Virus record (IMG/VR): IMGVR_UViG_3300037189_025930
Reading direction: 5' to 3' (one strand)
Source: an uncultured virus (IMG/VR IMGVR_UViG_3300037189_025930)
Taxonomy: Duplodnaviria > Heunggongvirae > Uroviricota > Caudoviricetes
DNA length: 64,000 nucleotides
In this document: in pieces, positions 57,318-64,000 of the stretch
Numbering within the stretch: position 1 is the stretch's first letter
How the letters are laid out: every line of letters starts with the position of its first letter
The notes under the pieces: model-generated
Told to the model about the DNA's origin: nothing
Database searches by the model: none
Seen by the model: the letters and a program-made list of their open reading frames with translations, nothing else
Program-made: the position numbers and the translations under genes

Positions 57318-58577
57318 TTAATCTATATTAAAAACTTTTGCTTTTTTGAAATTAGAAATATCTAACGCTAATTTTCCATCTTTGGGTAAAAGAAAGAATA
57401 TATTTTGTTGAGGTACTTCTTTCCAAGAATTTTCAATTTCTCCATCCGTTAATACTATTATATAGTCACAACGAATTTTTTTATTTTTAATATGTTCAAT
57501 TGCTGGATAAAGATAAGTACCACCTCTACCAACAATACCTACTTTCTTATTAGAAGGAGTATATTTTTTAATACTATGTACTTGAGCATCTACCTGAATT
57601 AGTTCGACTTCAGAATTAGTTGATTTACATAAGTTATCAATTTCTCCTAAAGTTTTAGAAATAAATTCATTACTAACTGATCCAGAAGTATCTAATATTA
57701 CTACTCCTTTAGAAGAATAAGTTTTTATAAATCCTTTAATTTCTACTCGATTCATAAATCTACGATTTCTTCTTTTTATAGACTCTTCTACATCTATGGA
57801 AGAATTAGAAGCTTGATTACGAATATGCTTTTTCCAATCAATTTTCTTAGAACGAAGTTTTTCAATTTCATCTGCAATATCAGATGGTATCAATCCCCTA
57901 CTTTTATTCTCAGCATGTTGAATTAATTTCTCCCTCATAAGATTTACTAATTCTTCATTTACTTCACCTTCGTTACGATCGTCTGCTACGTGAGGGTCAA
58001 TTTCATATTCTTTGACACCACTTTTAGATTTAACCCTCATAATAACTTTCGATATTTTCTTTCCATTGCCTTGCTGCGGATTTCCATTGTTGTTATCGTC
58101 AGAAGAACCGTCTTCATAAATTACTTTGAAAGAAATTTCTTTATCGTCAATTTTCTTTCTAAGAAAAGAATAATAATTCTCCGCAGATAATTTTGGTTCT
58201 AATCCAAATTTTTCTGGTAACATACAGTCTGGCGGTAAATCCTTGATAAATTGATTTAAAGCAGTATCTGTTGATATATTCCAGCAAAATCTTCTTTTAT
58301 TCTTTGCTCTACCTATATGATTAAGAATTATATGTAAAGCTTCGTGAACTAATATTGATCTTCTTTCTTTTAGAGAGTATTCAGAAAACTTTTCTAAATT
58401 AATCACTAAATTAAATTGACTTTTTGCGAAATATACCCCAGCAGGTGCAGGTAGTGTATTATCAAAATGTACTTTTGTGGCTGCAATTATGTGACCATAA
58501 AATACATATTGATTTTCTTGTCCCCAAAGAGTATTAGCCATTGTTTCTTCATAGACTTCTTTGTTGATTTTATCCAT
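57318..58577 (-). CDS. Metallopeptidase (HExxH) plus VWA-like domain protein (DUF2201-like)
   Basis: HEALH, WNISTD..N, ILDTSGSV, GRGGT, LTDG. Confidence 0.9.
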   Translation of the reverse strand: MDKINKEVYEETMANTLWGQENQYVFYGHIIAATKVHFDNTLPAPAGVYFAKSQFNLVINLEKFSEYSLKERRSILVHEALHIILNHIGRAKNKRRFCWNISTDTALNQFIKDLPPDCMLPEKFGLEPKLSAENYYSFLRKKIDDKEISFKVIYEDGSSDDNNNGNPQQGNGKKISKVIMRVKSKSGVKEYEIDPHVADDRNEGEVNEELVNLMREKLIQHAENKSRGLIPSDIADEIEKLRSKKIDWKKHIRNQASNSSIDVEESIKRRNRRFMNRVEIKGFIKTYSSKGVVILDTSGSVSNEFISKTLGEIDNLCKSTNSEVELIQVDAQVHSIKKYTPSNKKVGIVGRGGTYLYPAIEHIKNKKIRCDYIIVLTDGEIENSWKEVPQQNIFFLLPKDGKLALDISNFKKAKVFNID

Positions 58578-58697
58578 AGTATCCTCCTATTAAATATTTT
58601 CTATTTTCAATTATTTTTTGTTCCATAATATAAATTATACTAATAATAATTACAAGTGATTAAACCTAAAAAAATAACATTTAAAATAAAAAAAATA

Positions 58698-58724
58698 GGA
58701 GCCACTAAAAAAGTAGTGGCTTCC
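58698..58724 (-). terminator. Intrinsic terminator after AAA ATPase
   Basis: GGAGCCACTA..TAGTGGCTTCC with T-run on minus strand. Confidence 0.7.
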
Positions 58725-58747
58725 AAGAAGATTGAAATAAGGATTAG

Positions 58748-59905
58748 TTATTTCTTGTTGTCGAATTTATCTATAATCCTTCGGAAAATTTCTTTTTCTC
58801 TAAATTTTCCAGCAGCTGCTGAATCACAACGAGCTAAACCAGCGTATAATTCTTTCATATTTTCATCGTCTTTTTCTTTAAGACCTTTTAGAATAGAATG
58901 TGAAACTTCTAATTCTAAAGAATAGAAAAAAGCCATAACTGGAAAAGCGGTTTCAAATGCTTTATCTATTGTTGCAATAGTAGCTGTTTTTGGAATATAC
59001 TTTTTAAGTAAGTCCTCTCCAATAAGAGAAAGTTTTATGACTTCGATAGTAGAGAGAACTGGTTTTAGTATCTCCATAGCTTCGTCCATGTTTTCTTTCT
59101 TCCTATTCTTAATTTTCTTAATTGCTTTTTCAATACTTTCCATAGAAAGTGCTTGTTTTTCTTTCCAATAAATAGAAAATTGATTACCAACGCTTCTACC
59201 AATCTTTCCATTTACAAAAGTTTGAAGTAAAAAGAATTTTTCCTCATCTGCTTCTTTTTCAAGTTCTAAAACTTTTAGAAAATTAGATACTTTTACCCAG
59301 CTTCTTGGAGTAGGATGGTTGATTTCATTTTCATTGTTAGTTTTGAACCACAATTTATCTGGATTATCTGCTACAAAAGAAACTACTGTTTCATTGACTG
59401 ACTTTTTTCTAGCCCATTCAATCCACTCTTCAGTGTTTGCTTTCAATTCAATAGCTTCAAATCTATCTAAAAGTGCTGGATCTAATTCAGACACTTGGTA
59501 ATCATCTTCTGGATTAACTGCTGCTACTACTAAAGAATCTTTTGGAAGTACGTGCTGGTGAATTTGCTTAGATAATACTAACTGTAAAGCAGATTGTCTA
59601 ACATCTAATCTTGCTCTGTTTAATTCATCTAAGAATAATACACACGTTTTTCCATTCTTAGAAGCATCATAAATTCTTTGTAACCAGATTGGTGTACTCC
59701 ATACGGTATTTCCATTTTCTAAATATGGAATACCAATTAAATCTCCAGTTTCTTGGTGAGAAAGAAATAAAATTTCGCAATGATAACCTTTTTCTTTTGC
59801 GAATGCTTCTACTCTTTCACTCTTCCCTATTCCGTGAGGTCCCTTTAATAAGACTGAATTGTCGGATTTTTGACAAAGGTCTAATATTTTTTCTAAATTC
59901 CTCAT
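58748..59905 (-). CDS. MoxR-like AAA+ ATPase
   Basis: GPHGIGKS, DLIGIP, LFLDELNRA, LDPALLDRF, TPRSW. Confidence 0.92.
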   Translation of the reverse strand: MRNLEKILDLCQKSDNSVLLKGPHGIGKSERVEAFAKEKGYHCEILFLSHQETGDLIGIPYLENGNTVWSTPIWLQRIYDASKNGKTCVLFLDELNRARLDVRQSALQLVLSKQIHQHVLPKDSLVVAAVNPEDDYQVSELDPALLDRFEAIELKANTEEWIEWARKKSVNETVVSFVADNPDKLWFKTNNENEINHPTPRSWVKVSNFLKVLELEKEADEEKFFLLQTFVNGKIGRSVGNQFSIYWKEKQALSMESIEKAIKKIKNRKKENMDEAMEILKPVLSTIEVIKLSLIGEDLLKKYIPKTATIATIDKAFETAFPVMAFFYSLELEVSHSILKGLKEKDDENMKELYAGLARCDSAAAGKFREKEIFRRIIDKFDNKK

Positions 59906-59985
59906 TTTTTTCTCCTTGTTAAAATTAAATTTCTACTTAATAAATAAAAATTTCTAATATAATACTATACTTATTTACTCTATTA

Positions 59986-60074
59986 GTGTTTAAACCTAAA
60001 AAAATATCCAGTACGGGTAGTTTATAAATGTCTTTTTTTTAGGTTTAGTCACTATTACTATTCTTATATATAAT
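59986..60074. promoter_or_regulatory. Divergent pair of extended promoters
   Basis: (-) GTGTTTAAACCTAAAAA; (+) TTTTTAGGTT-TAGTCA-N17-TATAAT. Confidence 0.75.
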
Positions 60075-60080
60075 TGTAAT

Positions 60081-60404
60081 ATGAATAAAAATAAAATAAA
60101 CGCTTATTTGTGTCTTAATTTATTTAACGATAAAATTATTACCTGCGTTTTATATCATTATGTTGATAAAGAAAATTATCTAGTTTATAATGGATATTCT
60201 TATTTTTCAGATTCTAAACAAGAGAAAACCAAGAACCAAAATGATTTTAAATATGAATTGAAAATTAAATTTAATCTTTCTATAAAGATAAATAATAAAG
60301 ATCTTTTTGAAGAACTTTTAAAACTAAATTTTAAAGAAGATGTTTTAAATAAAAATAAAGTTGATTTTTTAGGTAAATTTAATCTACATGAATGGGTGAT
60401 ATGA
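60081..60404 (+). CDS. Family A small protein
   Basis: YLCLN..VYNG; ends LHEWVI. Confidence 0.8.
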   Translation: MNKNKINAYLCLNLFNDKIITCVLYHYVDKENYLVYNGYSYFSDSKQEKTKNQNDFKYELKIKFNLSIKINNKDLFEELLKLNFKEDVLNKNKVDFLGKFNLHEWVI

Positions 60405-60685
60405 ATTATTTTCTTTGTATAAAAACATCAAAAAGTTATTTAGATTCAGATTGCTTAATAAAAAATTATGTTCTTGTAAATCAGGAAAATACTGAAACAG
60501 AAATTTATTTTGAGAATGGACAAAATATCATTTCTAATAATCATAAATTATTAAATGATATTAATTGGGATTTTAAATTATTAATCAATCAAGAACAATA
60601 TTTTATAATAAAAGAAAATAATCTTGTCTTTAGAAGATTAAAAAGTGTTTTAAATCAATTAAAATTAATAGAACACCTAATATGA
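60401..60685 (+). CDS. Family A small protein
   Basis: MNYFLCI at ATGA overlap; ends LIEHLI. Confidence 0.8.
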   Translation: MNYFLCIKTSKSYLDSDCLIKNYVLVNQENTETEIYFENGQNIISNNHKLLNDINWDFKLLINQEQYFIIKENNLVFRRLKSVLNQLKLIEHLI

Positions 60686-60999
60686 CACCTATTGAAGCTT
60701 TACATAAAAGTTTATCTATGGATAAAAGAATAACAGAACTAGAAAAAATTATTGCTACTGATGCTGAGCAATCTTTTTATTATGCTATGTATATGATTAA
60801 AGGAGCTTGGGATGAAGGAGAAGAAGTTATTTCTAAAGATGCATACGTATCTTATTTTTATGCTATTAATATATTAGAAGATATTTTTGAAAAAGGTCAT
60901 CATACTATTTTTAAATCTCAATATAAAGATGATTATATAGAATTTTTAAAAAAGAATAATAAGTATGATGAAAAAAAATTATTACAATGGATGATTTAA
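60682..60999 (+). CDS. Family B helical-repeat protein
   Basis: MTPIEAL..LEKIIATD..KGAWDEGE. Confidence 0.85.
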   Translation: MTPIEALHKSLSMDKRITELEKIIATDAEQSFYYAMYMIKGAWDEGEEVISKDAYVSYFYAINILEDIFEKGHHTIFKSQYKDDYIEFLKKNNKYDEKKLLQWMI

Positions 61000-61016
61000 A
61001 AAAAGAGGATAAAACT

Positions 61017-61343
61017 ATGAAAAAAAATACTTTTTACTATTTAGACGTAATAAGAGAGTTACCTGTTTTTTATAAAATAGAAACAGATTTATCTTTGAAA
61101 AGTTTAAGATCACTTTTAAAAAAGCAAGCAAAAATAGAAGCCAATAGATTAGGAATTAAAGAATCTTATTTCAGTGAAGGTCAATGTGAAAATCCAGATT
61201 ATTTTACTTTTGATGTTGATGCTGGAAATTTTAATTATGTTTTTTCACTTCAAACTTTTCTAAGTAAATTTAGATCTGAAGAACGTTTAACTTCTAAACT
61301 TGATTTTATAAATATGGAAATAAACAAAGAGGATTTAGAATGA
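61017..61343 (+). CDS. Hypothetical protein, tandem paralog
   Basis: FYYLD..FYKIETDL shared with 61340. Confidence 0.7.
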   Translation: MKKNTFYYLDVIRELPVFYKIETDLSLKSLRSLLKKQAKIEANRLGIKESYFSEGQCENPDYFTFDVDAGNFNYVFSLQTFLSKFRSEERLTSKLDFINMEINKEDLE

Positions 61344-61654
61344 AAAACTTCTACTATATAGATTCACTTGATAATTCAAACGATGTTATTTTTTATAAAA
61401 TTAAAACTGATCTTAATAAAGATCAGTTAGTTAATTTTATTCATAAAAATGCTATCAATTATTGTGAAAAACTTGAAATGGATATAGAAGAATATCTTTA
61501 TAATCACGACGATGAATACGTTGAATTAGAAGTCCATAAAATAACATATCTTTTATCTTTAAGAACGTGTTTAGAAAAATCTGTTTTAGAATCTAAAATA
61601 AATTCTAAATTAAAATATCCTACAATTAATATAAAATCAGAATCTTTAATTTAA
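61340..61654 (+). CDS. Hypothetical protein, tandem paralog
   Basis: FYYID..FYKIKTDL. Confidence 0.7.
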   Translation: MKNFYYIDSLDNSNDVIFYKIKTDLNKDQLVNFIHKNAINYCEKLEMDIEEYLYNHDDEYVELEVHKITYLLSLRTCLEKSVLESKINSKLKYPTINIKSESLI

Positions 61655-61989
61655 GTTACATATATAGATTCATTTTTTTCATCTAACATTATTTCTTTTT
61701 CTTCGGGTATAAATTTCAAACACAACGTTTCATCTGTATTATTCCAAGATGCTTCAAATCTTCCACTTGCTATAATCATATTAATATTTTTCTTTTTACC
61801 TAGATTATAGCAATCCTTTAAAAGATGATAACTCATTTCTTTTAAATCTTCTATTTCAGGATTATATTCTTCATGTAAATTTTTCATATATTTATAATCA
61901 CAAACATGAAAGATTTTTTCTATATTGTTCCAATCCATAGAATCAAAAATTAAATCAATTTGTGATTGAAACGAGTGATCTCTAGTCAT
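61651..61989 (-). CDS. Conserved phage hypothetical protein
   Basis: ID.I.D.MDW..SGRFEA..L.LKF. Confidence 0.7.
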   Translation of the reverse strand: MTRDHSFQSQIDLIFDSMDWNNIEKIFHVCDYKYMKNLHEEYNPEIEDLKEMSYHLLKDCYNLGKKKNINMIIASGRFEASWNNTDETLCLKFIPEEKEIMLDEKNESIYVT

Positions 61990-62029
61990 CTTATATTCCT
62001 TAATTTATATAAAATATATTTAAGAAATA

Positions 62030-62521
62030 TTAATAAAATTCATCTTCTAAATGTCTAATTTTAAAATTTTTTTTAGTAAAATTAGTAGGATTAAAATTAA
62101 CTCCATTAAAAGATATTTCATAATGTAAATGAGGTCCAAAAGAAAGTCCAGTATTTCCAATGTAACCTATAATTTCACCTTGTTTAATTTCTTTAGATTC
62201 ATTAAAATCAACTTTACTAAGGTGAGCAAAAAGATAATAAAAATTATCATAATCTTTTCCAATTATATAAAGACCATGATTTTCATTTCTTCCTACTTTA
62301 AATATTTTCATATCTATAGGTGAAATTATTGGTGTTCCATAAGGAGCAGAAAAATCTATTCCCCAATGAAAATTACCTTTTCTTTTTCCAAAACCAGAAG
62401 ATATTCTTACATCACGAACTGGATAAATATTATCTTGTCTTTTTTCTATTTTTTCTGGGTGATAACAAAATGCAAAAACATTTAGCAATAGGGGTATCAA
62501 TATGATTAAAATTCTTTCCAT
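62030..62521 (-). CDS. M23-family metallopeptidase with signal peptide
   Basis: ISSGFG.R, HWGIDF, FAHL, GNTGLSFGPHLHYE. Confidence 0.92.
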   Translation of the reverse strand: MERILIILIPLLLNVFAFCYHPEKIEKRQDNIYPVRDVRISSGFGKRKGNFHWGIDFSAPYGTPIISPIDMKIFKVGRNENHGLYIIGKDYDNFYYLFAHLSKVDFNESKEIKQGEIIGYIGNTGLSFGPHLHYEISFNGVNFNPTNFTKKNFKIRHLEDEFY

Positions 62522-62529
62522 ATATTTTT

Positions 62530-62862
62530 TTATCTAATTTTTAGAAGTTCCCAGTTATTAATCGGGAAATTATGATTGATAATACTGTAATGTGGAGTAT
62601 CAAAAATAATCTTCTTAATTATTCCTTTGTCAGAAAAATAAACCATAAAAGTATTTATTTCCTTATTTATTAAAACTTTAATTTCATCTAAATATGTAAA
62701 ATTAAAATTTTGATTAAATAATTCTGGATATAAATCAAAAAACAAACTATAATAACTTAATTTAACTTTTTGGTCTTTTATTTCATTAATATTTGATTTT
62801 TTTTGGTAATCATCAAATTTTTCAATTAAAAAATTTGCTTTATCATTGTAATTATTTTCCAT
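62530..62862 (-). CDS. Hypothetical protein
   Basis: 110-aa ORF in operon. Confidence 0.6.
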   Translation of the reverse strand: MENNYNDKANFLIEKFDDYQKKSNINEIKDQKVKLSYYSLFFDLYPELFNQNFNFTYLDEIKVLINKEINTFMVYFSDKGIIKKIIFDTPHYSIINHNFPINNWELLKIR

Positions 62863-62865
62863 AAT

Positions 62866-63579
62866 TTAATTATAAGATATAATTCTACTAGATATATCTT
62901 TCAATAAAGAAATACCATTATTCTTAAAAAAAACTTTGTTATCGTCAAATAAAAATTTATTTGCATCACGATTATATAATTCTTTCAATAAGAAATCACT
63001 ATTAATTGATGTAAATATTAAAAAACTATGAAAATCTTCTTCTTTTGTTTTTAACTGTTCTTCTGTTGCTATGTTTATTAATATATTTTCAAATTCATTG
63101 CTATTTTTAAAATCTTTAAAAGTTTTATAAGTTGCCTTATATTCATTTTTCCATTTTTCTTTTACTTTTTTAAATAATAATAAACTTCTTTTTATTTGAT
63201 CAAAAATATTAAAAGTAAAATGTATTATAGAACCATAAAATTCAGATTCTACATCTGTGCTTTTTAAAATCATGTAATCTAAAATTTTATTATATTTATT
63301 AAAATTAAATTCTGCGATATCTTTTAAATTTTCTTCTAAATCGTTTATTTCATCAATAGAATAATTAAAATTATTTTCTGTTTCAAAATATAAAATGTAA
63401 GAAAAACCATTTTTATATACTTCATTAAAAAACGAATCAGTTATTTTATTGAGAAGTAAAAACTCATCTAAAACAGATTTGAAATTAAACGACTTATCTA
63501 AATAATCATCGTTTAAAAAAAGACCATTGTTATTAAAATCATTAATATTATCTTCGTATTCTTTATCTAATAGTGACAT
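62866..63579 (-). CDS. Hypothetical protein
   Basis: 237-aa ORF; AGGAGG RBS. Confidence 0.7.
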   Translation of the reverse strand: MSLLDKEYEDNINDFNNNGLFLNDDYLDKSFNFKSVLDEFLLLNKITDSFFNEVYKNGFSYILYFETENNFNYSIDEINDLEENLKDIAEFNFNKYNKILDYMILKSTDVESEFYGSIIHFTFNIFDQIKRSLLLFKKVKEKWKNEYKATYKTFKDFKNSNEFENILINIATEEQLKTKEEDFHSFLIFTSINSDFLLKELYNRDANKFLFDDNKVFFKNNGISLLKDISSRIISYN

Positions 63580-63916
63580 TATTAACTTCCTCCTTTAGCT
63601 TATCTGGTAAATCAATAAATGGTATTTGAACAAAATTACTTTTAAAATAATTATCATTGACTATTTCAAATATATCTTTTCTTTTAATTATCCATTCACT
63701 TTCAAAAATTACCTTAACTTCTTTTTTATGATAAAAAAATCCACCTACGTGATTAAACTTAGATAAATTATCATCAAACACTTTTTGTTGAATCCCATTA
63801 ATTATTTCAATACCAAAAAACACAAATTTTTCTTCTGGAAATATTTCTATGATTTTTTGAACGGTTTCTTTATTTAATTGAATTGCTTCACATGGTTTTT
63901 GAACATATAAGTTCAT
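63563..63916 (-). CDS. Conserved phage hypothetical protein
   Basis: KP.EAIQL..EWIIK..F...F. Confidence 0.65.
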   Translation of the reverse strand: MNLYVQKPCEAIQLNKETVQKIIEIFPEEKFVFFGIEIINGIQQKVFDDNLSKFNHVGGFFYHKKEVKVIFESEWIIKRKDIFEIVNDNYFKSNFVQIPFIDLPDKLKEEVNNVTIR

Positions 63917-64000
63917 CTATTCGTCTTCAATGTTTTTATTTATAAAAGCATAATAAAAAAAAGTTAAAAGTAAAGTTGCTGTTAAAGCAAAGGTTACAAA

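Noticed and set aside
3844..62505. Short antisense ORFs (e.g. 3844, 5733, 11964, 23616, 31559, 46646, 58656, 59319)
   Set aside because: They overlap well-supported genes on the other strand and have shadow-like composition
1..64000. Stop-codon reassignment
   Set aside because: Conserved enzymes are full length under code 11, and the helicase break is explained by the intein
1..64000. tRNA or rRNA genes
   Set aside because: No cloverleaf or rRNA-like segment recognised by eye; tRNAscan-SE would confirm

Overview
Very AT-rich, gene-dense segment of a large lytic dsDNA (jumbo, T4-like) bacteriophage using genetic code 11; one ORF resembles a Leptospira protein family, hinting at a spirochaete host. 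Recognisable genes: UvsX/RecA, gp32-like SSB, a UvsW-like SF2 helicase, two RNA ligases, PNK/phosphatase, ClpP, a DEDDh exonuclease, a MoxR-like AAA+/VWA-metallopeptidase pair, an FkbM methyltransferase, an M23 peptidase and DUF1566-like proteins. Main observations: (1) the helicase is split into two genes 2.1 kb apart, joined by an atypically split intein (26-aa IntN, 138-aa IntC); (2) a pistol ribozyme at 51266-51339 whose P3 stem contains the Shine-Dalgarno of the next gene; (3) about 64 small proteins from three expanded families (A, B, C) plus a few singletons end in the same C-terminal E-x-x-[ILV]-stop motif, many in ATGA-coupled tandem arrays with conserved 3' ends; (4) about 27 copies of an extended sigma70-type promoter (TTTTAGGTTTAnnCA-N17-TATAAT); (5) a repeat-rich non-coding region at 469-1200. 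No tRNA, rRNA, CRISPR array, integrase or structural gene was recognised. All family assignments come from motifs read by eye; no database search was run.
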